DNA of 64,000 nt from an uncultured Chloroflexia bacterium (GCA_963828165.1 CAWHDR010000001.1:128001-192000); one strand, 5' to 3'; shown: positions 41,025 to 51,198, counted from the stretch's first letter. Numbers and translations are program-made. Notes: generated from the sequence alone by a model not told the origin.

Positions 41025-41735
41025 ATGCGTCGAACCACAGAAGGACGAACATCGACCCGCAGGACGGTCACGCCCAAGGTCGTCGGCCTGGCCGTCGTCA
41101 CCGCTGCGATCATCGGAAGCCTCGTCTATCAGACAGCGTCGTCATCGTCCTCCTTCAGCGAAGCACACGCGCCGGGCGGTCACCGTGCTGTGCCGCTGTC
41201 ACCATCGTCATCGGCGCCCTCGTTCACCAAGGGCCCTCGTGGCGACCACGGTCTTGCGACGACCGAGGATGACGGTGCCGTCACCGAGGAGGACGGTGCC
41301 CTGCCCGACCGCGTGACGGTGTTGGATGACGAGTATCCCGGCCTGAGCAACCTCGACCCCGATCTGCTCGTGGCCCTGCGCGAAGCGGCGAGGGATGCCG
41401 CCGACGACGGCATCGAGCTCTACGTGAATAGCGGCTGGCGCTCCCCCGAGTACCAGGATCAGCTGCTTCGAGAGGCGGTCGTCGAGTACGGCTCTCAAAA
41501 GGAAGCCGCCCGATGGGTCGCCACCGCGGACACCTCCGCGCACGTGTCCGGGGACGCGGTGGACATCGGATCCATCGATGCCACGGCCTGGCTGTCCGAG
41601 CATGGCGCCCATTACGGTCTCTGCCAGATCTACCGCAACGAATCCTGGCATTTCGAACTGCGTCCCAAGGCGATCGATCGTGGGTGCCCTCCCACCTTTG
41701 CCGACCCCGCGCACGTTCCGAGTGTCCGGAAATGA
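41025..41735 (+). CDS. vanY: VanY-like D,D-carboxypeptidase (M15)
   Basis: NSGWRS, SAHVSGDAVD, NESWHFE; divergent from vanRS. Confidence 0.82.
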   Translation: MRRTTEGRTSTRRTVTPKVVGLAVVTAAIIGSLVYQTASSSSSFSEAHAPGGHRAVPLSPSSSAPSFTKGPRGDHGLATTEDDGAVTEEDGALPDRVTVLDDEYPGLSNLDPDLLVALREAARDAADDGIELYVNSGWRSPEYQDQLLREAVVEYGSQKEAARWVATADTSAHVSGDAVDIGSIDATAWLSEHGAHYGLCQIYRNESWHFELRPKAIDRGCPPTFADPAHVPSVRK

Positions 41736-41908
41736 CACGGCGCTTCGGCCGTGCGCGCACGCGCACCCCGATCACGCTGGCGATGACCACCTGACCGCGG
41801 ACGGCCACCGACGCGTCGCCGATGGCGCTCGACGACTCCGTCAAGTCGGCGGTACGGTCCCGCACACCCAGTCTTGGATCGGGCGTTGGCGACATCGGAA
41901 GGAGGGAG

Positions 41909-42224
41909 ATGGCGGGTCGGGTCAAGGCGGCGCTGGGCAGTCTAGCCTTCCTGGTCGTGGCCCCCGGCGTGGTCGCCGGCCTGATCCCCTGGCTTCTGCC
42001 GATTCGTCCGGAACCCGATGTACGTGGCGGTCACCGCCCTGATCTTCGGCCAGGCCGTACTCTTCGCTGGCTGGGGCGTGGCCCTCTACGGGGTCGTCAT
42101 CGCGGCGGCTTTCCACACCTTCGTGCGTGTCTATGAGGAGCCGCCCCTGCGCGGGGCCCATGGCGAGCGATACGACGCGTATTGCGCCGTCACTCCCCGC
42201 TGGATCCCCCGGTTCAGGCGCTAG
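41909..42224 (+). pseudogene. Isoprenylcysteine carboxyl methyltransferase family, internally deleted
   Basis: N-terminal FLVVAPGVVAGLIPW joined out of frame to RNPMYV..YEEP..YDAYC..PRWIPR. Confidence 0.7.
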
Positions 42225-42266
42225 GCCGTCAGCGGAAATCCCGACCACAAGGAAGGAGCACGAAGC

Positions 42267-42920
42267 ATGTCGCTCGCCCGCGTCCAGTTCTTCTCGGTCT
42301 CGCTCGACGGTTTCGGCACCGGCGACGTTCAGAGTCTCGACGCACCGTTCGGCCATGCCGGCGAGCGGCTTCATGAATGGATGTTCGTCACCAGATGGTG
42401 GCACGAGCGGGTCGGCGAGCCCGGCGGCAGCGGCGGCATCGACGACGCCTTCCTGCGACTGCACGATCAGCGGATCGGCGCCGAGATCATGGGTGCCGGG
42501 AAGTTCGGCCCGCCTGGGTGGCACGAGGACCCGGAGTGGAAGGGGTGGTGGGGTCCCAACCCGCCGTTCCACACACCGACGTTCGTCCTCACGCACCACC
42601 CCCGTCCCTCGGTCGAGATGGAGGGTGGTACGACGTTCCACTTCATCGACGCGTCGCCTGCCGAGGCGCTCGAGGCGGCTCGCGAAGCCGCCCGGGGCCA
42701 GGACATACGACTGGGCGGAGGCGTCACGATGATCCGCGACTTCCTGGCTGCCGGGCTGGTCGACCACCTGCACATCGCGGTGGTCCCGATCCTGCTCGGC
42801 CGAGGCGAACGCTTATGGGATGGACTTGAGGGGCTCGACAAGGACTACGAGATCGAGGCCACCTCCTCTCCCAACGGCGTGACGCATGTGACGTTCACCC
42901 GGGCGGTGTCTGAACCGTAG
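42267..42920 (+). CDS. Dihydrofolate reductase family (RibD C-terminal) protein
   Basis: SVSLDGF, IMGAGKF, GGGVT, GLVDHLHIAVVPILLGRG. Confidence 0.9.
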   Translation: MSLARVQFFSVSLDGFGTGDVQSLDAPFGHAGERLHEWMFVTRWWHERVGEPGGSGGIDDAFLRLHDQRIGAEIMGAGKFGPPGWHEDPEWKGWWGPNPPFHTPTFVLTHHPRPSVEMEGGTTFHFIDASPAEALEAAREAARGQDIRLGGGVTMIRDFLAAGLVDHLHIAVVPILLGRGERLWDGLEGLDKDYEIEATSSPNGVTHVTFTRAVSEP

Positions 42921-43233
42921 CGGGGTCAGGCAGACTGGCCGCTCAGTGCCCCGATCAGTTGGCGTGCCTGCTCGCCATCCTTGCGGTTCGGGGTGCTGGT
43001 GGTCCGCGACGATCCCGCAGTACACGTCGTGGATCGCCTGGCTCATCCTGGCGACGTCGGCCAACGCGATCCCGTCCTCGCGGAGAGCTGCCATCGCCCC
43101 ATCGGCAGTCCGTGCACGCGGCCAGGTTGAATCAGCACGGGCGTCGCTTCCCGCTCTCCATCTTCGAGATGCTCACGACGACCAGGCGTTCGCGCGTCGC
43201 AGGGTTCTTCGTGGAATCGACCCGGCGTACGCC

Positions 43234-44457
43234 TCAGCGGACAAGGTACGTCGTGTGCCGGCCGAAGCCCTTGATGTCGACCTCGCGCGCCTCGACGTCC
43301 ACGAGGTCGCCCAGCAGCTCCCGGGTGGCGGCTGAGATCTGGATCCGGCCCGATAGACCGGACGACTCCATGCGCGATGCCAGGTTGACCGCGTCGCCCC
43401 AGATGTCGAAGAGGAGTCGGCGTTGGCCGATGACCCCTCCGACGACGGGTCCGCTGGCGACACCGATCCGGATCTGGAGGTCGGCGTCGAGCCGTTGCCG
43501 AACGTCGGCCATACTCGCGATCATCGCTCGAGCCAGCGCGAGGGCTGCCGCTGCATGATCGTGTCGCGGAACGGGGGCACCAGCGACCGCCATATAGCCA
43601 TCGCCGATCGTCCGGATCTTCTCGAGCCCAGACGCCTCGGTCAGCTGGTCGAATGCCGAGAAGATCCCATCGAGCACCGCCACCACCCGATCCGGCGAAG
43701 TCCGCTGGGCCCAAGGCGTGAAGCCCACGATGTCCGCGAACAGGATCGTGGTGTCGAGGTAGGCGTCGGCGATCCGCCGTTCGCCGTGCCGCAGGCGGAA
43801 TGCGATGGCGGCAGGGATCGCGTTCGTCAGCAGCTCGTCAACCCGGGCCTCCGCCGCGAGCCGTCGAATGTCCGTGTAGCGCAGGAGCAGGAAGGTGATG
43901 GCCAGCGGCAGCACGGTGTTCTGTACCTGCCCGAACACGGTGAGCGCATATGGCGACGGCCCGGCCCAGGCGCGCGCCAACGGATCCAGGACGACCATCA
44001 AGGCGACCAACGCAAGGTAGACCACGAACCACCTCGCGGCCCGTCGAGGCCCCAGGGCCAGGATCGCGTAGCCCGGCACGAGGAACGCCCAGACGAGGCC
44101 GGTGCTCGGGCCCGTGATGCCGCCACCCAGGAAGTTCGCCGCCGGCACGAAGACGACCCCGGCAAGGACGAGGGCGACGACAAATCGCTCGAAGACGCCG
44201 GTCTTGGCGAGCACGACCAGGTTCACCAGGCTGAACGCCGATAGGGAGATCCCGATGACCCAGGCGATCTGCGCGTCTGGAACTTGGAGTGGGAGGGTCA
44301 GCGGCGCGATGATCGTCAGCAACCCGGCGGCAACGCCGACCCGCTTGCGGCGCCGGAGATCGTCCTCATCGCCCGGTTCATCCGCGATCGACAGCAGCCG
44401 AAGAACGCTGTTCGAGAGGCGGCGTCGCCACGACCGGTCGATCGCTGGTTCCGTCAT
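43234..44457 (-). CDS. Membrane-bound class III adenylate cyclase
   Basis: About 6 TM; FADIVGFT, TIGDGYM, FDIWGDAVNLASRMES. Confidence 0.92.
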   Translation of the reverse strand: MTEPAIDRSWRRRLSNSVLRLLSIADEPGDEDDLRRRKRVGVAAGLLTIIAPLTLPLQVPDAQIAWVIGISLSAFSLVNLVVLAKTGVFERFVVALVLAGVVFVPAANFLGGGITGPSTGLVWAFLVPGYAILALGPRRAARWFVVYLALVALMVVLDPLARAWAGPSPYALTVFGQVQNTVLPLAITFLLLRYTDIRRLAAEARVDELLTNAIPAAIAFRLRHGERRIADAYLDTTILFADIVGFTPWAQRTSPDRVVAVLDGIFSAFDQLTEASGLEKIRTIGDGYMAVAGAPVPRHDHAAAALALARAMIASMADVRQRLDADLQIRIGVASGPVVGGVIGQRRLLFDIWGDAVNLASRMESSGLSGRIQISAATRELLGDLVDVEAREVDIKGFGRHTTYLVR

Positions 44458-44731
44458 GGAGCGATCGTAGCCCTGCAGCCCCTCTGGCCTGGTACTCGAC
44501 CGGCAGGCTCTCGAAGAGCTGGTCCGAGGCGTCGATCCACGGACAGGCAGGGGCTGCCGTCGCAAGACCACTGATAGGAAACGACCCGACCGGCGCCTTT
44601 CGCGTGACGGGCCCATCTCGGATGATCGGTTCAGCGGGCCGGTCCGCCTGACATTGACTCGATCGTGAGCGGGAATTGGATGCGTGGAGCCCGAGCCGTT
44701 CGGTGGCATCGCAAGGGAGGAGGGACGAGGG

Positions 44732-45919
44732 GTGCAGAAGGGTGGTGCAGACGACAACCCGAGCCTCTCTGCCCCGCTGCGCATCGGGGTCCTTTCGCCG
44801 CCCATGCTGCCGATCCCGCCTGCCCGGTACGCGGGCACGGAGCGAATCGTTGCCGCCCTTGTCGATGGCCTGCATCGACGTGGGCATCGCGTCACCCTGT
44901 TCGCGCCGGGCGACTCGCAGGTGGATTGCGAACTCGTGCCGACCATCCCGGATAGCCTCTGGTCACGCGGCTACCGAGGCGACCTGAGTCCGTACCTCAA
45001 CATCACATTCGCGAAGGCCTGGTCCAGGGCGGCCGAGTTCGACATCCTCCATTCCCACCTGGACGCGGTGGGTCTGCCATTCGCTCGCTGGTGTCCGACG
45101 CCTGTCGTGTCGACCCTCCATGGCCGGCTGGACGCCGCCGGCCACGCAGCCCTGCTCGACGAGTTCGATGACGTCCCGCTGGTCGCCATCAGCGATAGTC
45201 AGCGTCGCTGGTCCCCACACGCCAACTGGGTGGCGACCATCCCGCACGGCCTGGACCTATCCGGTGTGCCCTTCCGATCAACCGGCGGTCGCTATCTAGC
45301 CTTTGTCGGCCGCATCGCGCCAGAAAAGGGCGTCGCGGATGCGGTCGCGCTCGCGAGGGCGACCGGAATGCCGCTGAAGATGGCCGCCAAGGTCTACGAC
45401 CAACGAGAGCACGAGCTGTTCGCCGAGGTCATCGCTCCAGCGATCGACGAGGGTGTCGTCGAGTTCCTCGGAGAGGTCGGCTCTGCCCAGCGCGACGAGC
45501 TATACGCCGGTGCGCTGGCCACGCTGATGCTTGGGGCGTGGCCGGAACCGTTCGGCCTGGTCGCGATCGAATCGATGGCGACGGGGACACCGGTCATCGC
45601 GCGCCGCGCCGGCGCCCTGCCGGAGATCGTCGAACATGGCCGTTCCGGCTTCCTGATTGACGACCTCCAAGAGGCGGTTCTGGCGGTCGAACGGGCGAAG
45701 GGCGTCGACCGCCGACAGGTGCGCCAACGGGCACTGGGACGATTCTCAGTGGCGAACATGATCGACCGATACGAGCGGGTGTACACGGCGTTGCTCGGGA
45801 GCGGCGTACGCACGCCAGCTGAAACGGGGCCGATCCCGGTCATGGCCGATCGCCGAAGCTCGCGCAACCGCGAAAAGGAAGCGCTCTTGGAAACGGCCTC
45901 TCGCCTCGAGGCCAGCTGA
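44732..45919 (+). CDS. GT4 glycosyltransferase
   Basis: PPARYAGTE, GRIAPEKG, WPEPFGLVAIESMATGTPV. Confidence 0.92.
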   Translation: MQKGGADDNPSLSAPLRIGVLSPPMLPIPPARYAGTERIVAALVDGLHRRGHRVTLFAPGDSQVDCELVPTIPDSLWSRGYRGDLSPYLNITFAKAWSRAAEFDILHSHLDAVGLPFARWCPTPVVSTLHGRLDAAGHAALLDEFDDVPLVAISDSQRRWSPHANWVATIPHGLDLSGVPFRSTGGRYLAFVGRIAPEKGVADAVALARATGMPLKMAAKVYDQREHELFAEVIAPAIDEGVVEFLGEVGSAQRDELYAGALATLMLGAWPEPFGLVAIESMATGTPVIARRAGALPEIVEHGRSGFLIDDLQEAVLAVERAKGVDRRQVRQRALGRFSVANMIDRYERVYTALLGSGVRTPAETGPIPVMADRRSSRNREKEALLETASRLEAS

Positions 45920-45963
45920 GGCGGTCGGTCCCCAGATCACGTCGGCGACAAGGGAGGACACGT

Positions 45964-48084
45964 GTGCCAATGCCGTTGAGCCCGGCTCCGGTAAAAGGTC
46001 GCGCGGTCGACGCGCTCCCGCCGTACGTGTCGAATGGCCTCGTGGGAATGCGCTGCCCCGGTGTCCCGAACCTTCGAGGGACCACCATCGTGGGCGGGTT
46101 CGCGGGCCTCGACCCGGGCGACGGCGTCGAGGGGTTCGCGCGCGCGCCGTATGCGGTGGCCACGGACGTCCAGCTCAACGGTGTGTGGGCATCGATGGCG
46201 CCCGAGTGGATCCGAACCCTCGAGCAGCGCTATGACTTCGCGTCGGGCGAACTCCATACGACCTGGCAATTCGTCGTCGAGGGAACGACGGCGACGGTGG
46301 AGACGTTGGTCTTCTGCCCCCGTTCGATCCCGACCATCGTTGCCTGTGAGGTCGTCGTTCGGCTCGACCGTCCCGCGGACCTCGCGATCGTCGGAGGCCT
46401 GGATCCCTCGGACGTGCCCGGCTTTGCGGATGCCCGAGCGCAGCCGCAGGACCAGGGCCCCAATGAAGGCGTCGACGGACGACTGCGCTGGCATTCGGCC
46501 GGCGACATCGCGACGCTGGGCATCGCCTACTCGACCTCGCTGGAAGGAGACGCGGGTGCGGAGCGAAAGACCAAAGCGAGCGACGAACGGGGTTGGTTCT
46601 CCACTGCTTACGAAATGCGAGCGCGTACTGGCCGGCGATACGCCCTCCACCTGCTCACGGCGCTCGTCCCGGATCTGTCTCATGCCCGGCCGGACGAGCA
46701 AGCTGGTCGGATGGCCGCCATCGGAGCCGAGCAGGGTTTCGATCGCCTTCGCCGCGAGAATCGCGACATCTGGACGGAGGCCTGGCGGGGCCGCATCGAG
46801 ATCGACGGCGCCGACCGTCGCTGGCAGGCCATCACGGACGCCAGCCTGTTCTATCTGTTGAGCTCGGTCCACGCATCGTCGCTTGCGAGCACGTCTCTGT
46901 TCGGTCTGGCGTATTGGCCGAACTACCACTACTACCACGGTCATGTGATGTGGGACATCGAGACCTTCACGGTCCCGCCATTGCTCCTGCTCGATCCGGG
47001 TGCGGCACACGCCTTGCTCGACTACCGGTTCCGGCATCTGCGGGCGGCGCAGGACCATGCGGCGATGCACGGATGGCGAGGAGCGATGTATCCATGGGAG
47101 GCTTGCCCGCTGCATGGAGAAGAGGCGACCCCGGGGGCTCGCCCATACACCGAAGATCACATCAGCGCCGACATCGCGCTCGCCTTCGCCGGCTACGTAC
47201 ATGCGACCGGAGACATCGACTACGCGCGACGGATCGCGTGGCCCGTCCTTCGATCGGTGGCCGACTGGATCGCGTCGCGAGCCGTCCCTTCTCGGCGCGG
47301 CTTCGAGATCCGCGACACCGTGGGCCCTCGCGAGCATTACGAGCGAGTCGACAACGATGCCTTCACGAACATGGCCGCCGCTCAGGCGCTGCGGGAAGCG
47401 ACGGCGTGTGCCCGGTTGATCCACGAGGACGCGCCGCGGGCCTGGCAGGCGATCGCGGACGGCCTCGTCCTCCCACGCAGCGGGCGACGCGGGGCGATCA
47501 TCAATCATGATGGATCCCGCCTCGACGAGGCTCAGGGCGGTGTGCCGGAAGGTGCCGCGGGGCTGTTCCCGGTGGGCTATCGCATGACAGAAGCGGCCGA
47601 GACAGCAACCTATCGCTACGCCGCCGTCGAGCAGGCCCCGCAGTACGTCGGTTCCCCGATGCTTAGCGCGCTGTTGCCCGTCTACGCAGCTCGGGCCGGA
47701 GAACCGGACCTGGCCAGTCGTCTGCTCGAAGCCGGCTACGGCGACTTCATCAACGAGCCGTTTCTCGAGCCCGATGAATACCCGAGATCGCGTACCGATC
47801 GGCCGAGAGCATCTCCGATGTTCGCCAACCTCAGCGCCTACCTGACGGGGTTGATGTACGGCTTCACCGGTCTGCAACTCGGCCACGATGAGCCCGAGTC
47901 GTGGTCGCGGCATCCCGTCCGCCTGCCTTCGGGCTGGCGCGCCATCCGTATCGGGCGTCTGTGGATCCGCGGGCGACCCTGGGCACTCGAGGCGCGCACC
48001 CGGGACGGCTCGTGCAGGTTGACTCCGATCGACGCCGAACGAGTGGACGCCCCACCGGGCGTGCCGGGACGGTCCGGCCCGTAG
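45964..48084 (+). CDS. GH65 family glycoside hydrolase/phosphorylase
   Basis: YVSNG, YHGHVMWDIE, GAMYPWE, HISADIA, GPREH, DAFTN. Confidence 0.82.
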   Translation: MPMPLSPAPVKGRAVDALPPYVSNGLVGMRCPGVPNLRGTTIVGGFAGLDPGDGVEGFARAPYAVATDVQLNGVWASMAPEWIRTLEQRYDFASGELHTTWQFVVEGTTATVETLVFCPRSIPTIVACEVVVRLDRPADLAIVGGLDPSDVPGFADARAQPQDQGPNEGVDGRLRWHSAGDIATLGIAYSTSLEGDAGAERKTKASDERGWFSTAYEMRARTGRRYALHLLTALVPDLSHARPDEQAGRMAAIGAEQGFDRLRRENRDIWTEAWRGRIEIDGADRRWQAITDASLFYLLSSVHASSLASTSLFGLAYWPNYHYYHGHVMWDIETFTVPPLLLLDPGAAHALLDYRFRHLRAAQDHAAMHGWRGAMYPWEACPLHGEEATPGARPYTEDHISADIALAFAGYVHATGDIDYARRIAWPVLRSVADWIASRAVPSRRGFEIRDTVGPREHYERVDNDAFTNMAAAQALREATACARLIHEDAPRAWQAIADGLVLPRSGRRGAIINHDGSRLDEAQGGVPEGAAGLFPVGYRMTEAAETATYRYAAVEQAPQYVGSPMLSALLPVYAARAGEPDLASRLLEAGYGDFINEPFLEPDEYPRSRTDRPRASPMFANLSAYLTGLMYGFTGLQLGHDEPESWSRHPVRLPSGWRAIRIGRLWIRGRPWALEARTRDGSCRLTPIDAERVDAPPGVPGRSGP

Positions 48085-48357
48085 CCTCGGCGTGCGGCGC
48101 TGCCAGACGAAGGGGCCCGGCGTTCCGTCGAGGAGTGCCGCCGAACCCAGGTCGACGGCCGTCGCTCACGGCCCCCAGTGGGCGGGACGGCCGGCGCCGG
48201 TCGAGAGGTTACGGAGACCCACGCTGCGCCGTCAGTGCGACCGGCGGCGGCGGTATTTCAGCCCGATGACACCCGCCGCCGATGCTCGGCATCCCCGGCC
48301 GGCAGGCTGCCGTCGAATGATGCGCGGCTCACCCGTGATCGCGAAGGAGCGCCCGAT

Positions 48358-48714
48358 TCATGACGGGGCATCTCCTCGGCGCGGGATGGGCGTCTCGATC
48401 GCGGGGGGCAGGACCGGACCGCCTTCCACGCCACCCGATTGGATCAGCTCGGCCAGCCGATGCTTCGTGTAGTCGGCCTCGAGCTTCTGCGACTCGGCCG
48501 TGACGACGGCTTCCAGGTCGTCGTCGCAGGGCCGCTGCTCCCGTCGCCACTCCTCGATGTACTCCTCGTAGGAGCTCTTGCCGGCACGCGCGGCGGCCTT
48601 GTCGATGGCCACCTGGAAGCGAGGGTGGAGCACCAGCGTGCTCTGCCGTCGGCCGTCGCGGGCGAGGACCTGCGCGGGGATGTCGCGCCACCAGATGATC
48701 GTCAACGTGCCCAT
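48358..48714 (-). CDS. 'Virulence factor' family (PF13769-like) protein
   Basis: IIWWRDIPAQV..RFQVAIDKAA..YIEEWRR. Confidence 0.8.
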   Translation of the reverse strand: MGTLTIIWWRDIPAQVLARDGRRQSTLVLHPRFQVAIDKAAARAGKSSYEEYIEEWRREQRPCDDDLEAVVTAESQKLEADYTKHRLAELIQSGGVEGGPVLPPAIETPIPRRGDAPS

Positions 48715-48718
48715 CGGG

Positions 48719-49384
48719 TCAGGCGCCTCCACGGATCGCGTTCTGGATGGTCGGGGCGAGATCCCCGTAGCCGGTCATCCGGCGCTCGAAGGCCAATCCC
48801 AGCGTCTCGGCCGCGGCCTCCGCTTTCGCGGTCAGCTCCTGATCGTCGGTCTGGGCGAGATAGACGAGCCGGCGATAGCTCCCGAAATAGTCGGACATGA
48901 GCTCCGGATGACGATCGAGGCCGAGTCCGACCATGACGATCGTCTCGAATTGTCGGGCGAGGAAGTCGGTCAGGTAGAAGGTGCCGAGCTCCTCGTCCTG
49001 CATCGCGGCGTAGGTGGCCGAACCCGCGTAGAACTCATAGCAGTGTGCGCCCGCGATTCGCTCCACGCCCTCGCGCTCGAGCACCTCGTCGAGCGCCCCA
49101 CCGGTGCCGCAATCCGCGTAGGCAACGAAGATCTTCACATCCGGACCGAATTCGTCCCGCGTCTTGACGATGCGCTTCGCGACCGCGTCCGCGATCAGGC
49201 TCGGACGCATGTGGAGACGGGCGTCGACGCAGTGGACCTTGACGCCGGGCAGGCCCTTCGTCAGGACGAGCAACTCGCGCGCGAGCGCCCCGCAACCGAT
49301 GACGACGACACGCGGCGCGACCGGCGATGTGGCCTCCTGGCCGAGCGGCGCTCTGCCGACTGTCATCGTCACGTCTTTGCTCAT
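48719..49384 (-). CDS. DUF1638 protein
   Basis: IGCGALARE, ARLH, YADCGTGG, HCYEFY, FYLTDFL. Confidence 0.85.
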   Translation of the reverse strand: MSKDVTMTVGRAPLGQEATSPVAPRVVVIGCGALARELLVLTKGLPGVKVHCVDARLHMRPSLIADAVAKRIVKTRDEFGPDVKIFVAYADCGTGGALDEVLEREGVERIAGAHCYEFYAGSATYAAMQDEELGTFYLTDFLARQFETIVMVGLGLDRHPELMSDYFGSYRRLVYLAQTDDQELTAKAEAAAETLGLAFERRMTGYGDLAPTIQNAIRGGA

Positions 49385-49391
49385 CCGCGGC

Positions 49392-49880
49392 CTACTGTCC
49401 GCCGTTCGGGCGCGCGCCCCGCGTGTAAACGAGCACCGTGCGCTCGTACGTGATCACCGTCTCGTCGCGTTGATTGAATCCGCGGGTCCGGACCCGGACC
49501 AGGCCCTGCCCCGGCCTGGATCGCGAGGGCCGAGCCTCGAGCACCTCGGACTCGGCGTAGATCGTGTCGCCGGCGAACACGGGCGCCGTCAGCTTCACAT
49601 CGTCCCAGCCGAGGTTCGCCACGGCGTTCTGACTGACATCGGGGACGGACAGGCCCGTCACGATCGCGAGGGTGAGCGTGCTGACCACGAGTGGGCGCCC
49701 GAATTCGGTCCGCGATGCGTAGTCCGCATTGAAGTGGATATCGTGCGTGTTGTTGGTGAGCAGGGTGAACCAGGTGTTGTCGGTCTCGCTGATCGTCCGT
49801 CCGTGGGCGTGGCGGTACACGTCGCCGACGGTGAAGTCCTCGAAGTAGCGACCCTCCCATCCGCGCGTCGGTTCACCCAT
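49392..49880 (-). CDS. MaoC family (R)-acyl-CoA hydratase
   Basis: GRYFEDF, GRTISETDN, IHFNADYA, PVFAGDT. Confidence 0.9.
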   Translation of the reverse strand: MGEPTRGWEGRYFEDFTVGDVYRHAHGRTISETDNTWFTLLTNNTHDIHFNADYASRTEFGRPLVVSTLTLAIVTGLSVPDVSQNAVANLGWDDVKLTAPVFAGDTIYAESEVLEARPSRSRPGQGLVRVRTRGFNQRDETVITYERTVLVYTRGARPNGGQ

Positions 49881-51198
49881 GCCCTGCTCCTCCGTGGCGC
49901 GCGGCGAAGGCGAGCGACGCCTCGGGCGTTTCCGACTCGTCGATGACGTTCAGCAGGCGAGCGCGTTCCGGGTCGAAACGGCCGAGGGCCGTGGCTCGCC
50001 GAAGCACCACCCGCGCATGCCGATCCGTCGCGCGGTCGCTCATCACGCCGGCGATCATCGTGGCGCCCTGGTCCGCCGCGACCGCGGTGCCATATGCCTC
50101 CAGCTTGGCAGCCTCGTGTTCGAGGACCTCGTCCGAACCCATGTCGTCGGCGAGCAGGACGGCGAACAGCTGGGCGGGGTGACCGACCCACTTGCCGAGC
50201 ATCCCAAGCTCGCGCGCGCGGACCGCATCGTCGTAGACCAACCGCATCCGGTCGAGCCAGCGCGTCCGATTCGAGGTTTCGTCGAGCGTCGCATCGGTGA
50301 CCGGGTAGTCGAGGGTCATGCCGTCGATGGCCGGCACGCCGATCGCGCCGGCGACCGCCACGATCTCGGCACGCGCCCAGTCCGCGAGGAGATGGTCGTT
50401 GCGGATCGAGGGGAGCCCCAGGTCGGCGCTGTAGTCGGCCACGCCGAAGATCAGGCTCGAAAGGCGCGGCGCGGCGACGCTGGCGATCGCACCGAGTTGC
50501 GTCGCGCTCCAGCCCGATTCGATGAGCAGGCCGACCCGGATCGAACCGAACGGCAGGTCCAATGCCGCCTCGGCACGGGTGAGGAGATCGTCAAGGAGCT
50601 CGACCTCCTCGGGATGCTCGACCTTGGGAAAGACGATCCCGTCGAGCGGGAAGGCGCCCGATGGCGCCAGCTCGCGGATCCGCCACAGCAGGGTGTAGAG
50701 GTCGCGAACGGTGGTCTCGAGGTTGAACCCGGGCGGGCGGTAGAAGCGCAGCGTCGGCAAGCCGTCCGCGTCGCCCCAGTCGGCCTCCGTCAGCGTCATC
50801 GCGGCGACCGACATGGCACGGGCGGCCATCTCGTCACCGGGCGCGATCGCGTCCTCGCCATCGAGCATCACCAATGGCGCCCGGCTCGATCGCGCGAGCC
50901 GCCCCTCGACCATGGTCGTCGGCAGCTCGAGGCGCTCGGCGAGGTCCGCCCCCGTCAGACTCAGCCGGTCGAGCATCCTCGAAACGGGCGCCGTCCCGCT
51001 TTCGACCGCCTTGCGCGCCATCGAAGCGTCGGCCGCCGGTGTCGTGAGGTGCGCCTGCTGACGCCAGTATCGAAGCGGCAGATCCGCCTTTCGCGAGGCG
51101 AGCCGCCCACGCAGCGCGATCCGGTCTCGATCGCCACCGGCGATCGCCTCCCCGAGATCTGGGCGCGCCGACGAGACGTTCGTGCCCTGGCCGGTCAC
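49873..51198 (-). CDS. HpcH/CitE (citryl/malyl/citramalyl-CoA lyase) family
   Basis: LDGEDA, FPKVEH, LIES, FGVADYSADLG, GKWVGHPAQ. Confidence 0.82.
   Translation of the reverse strand: MTGQGTNVSSARPDLGEAIAGGDRDRIALRGRLASRKADLPLRYWRQQAHLTTPAADASMARKAVESGTAPVSRMLDRLSLTGADLAERLELPTTMVEGRLARSSRAPLVMLDGEDAIAPGDEMAARAMSVAAMTLTEADWGDADGLPTLRFYRPPGFNLETTVRDLYTLLWRIRELAPSGAFPLDGIVFPKVEHPEEVELLDDLLTRAEAALDLPFGSIRVGLLIESGWSATQLGAIASVAAPRLSSLIFGVADYSADLGLPSIRNDHLLADWARAEIVAVAGAIGVPAIDGMTLDYPVTDATLDETSNRTRWLDRMRLVYDDAVRARELGMLGKWVGHPAQLFAVLLADDMGSDEVLEHEAAKLEAYGTAVAADQGATMIAGVMSDRATDRHARVVLRRATALGRFDPERARLLNVIDESETPEASLAFAARHGGAGHG

Noticed and set aside
48358-48714. 'Virulence factor' as a pathogenicity signal
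   Set aside because: The family name is historical; members are generally linked to methyl-transfer metabolism
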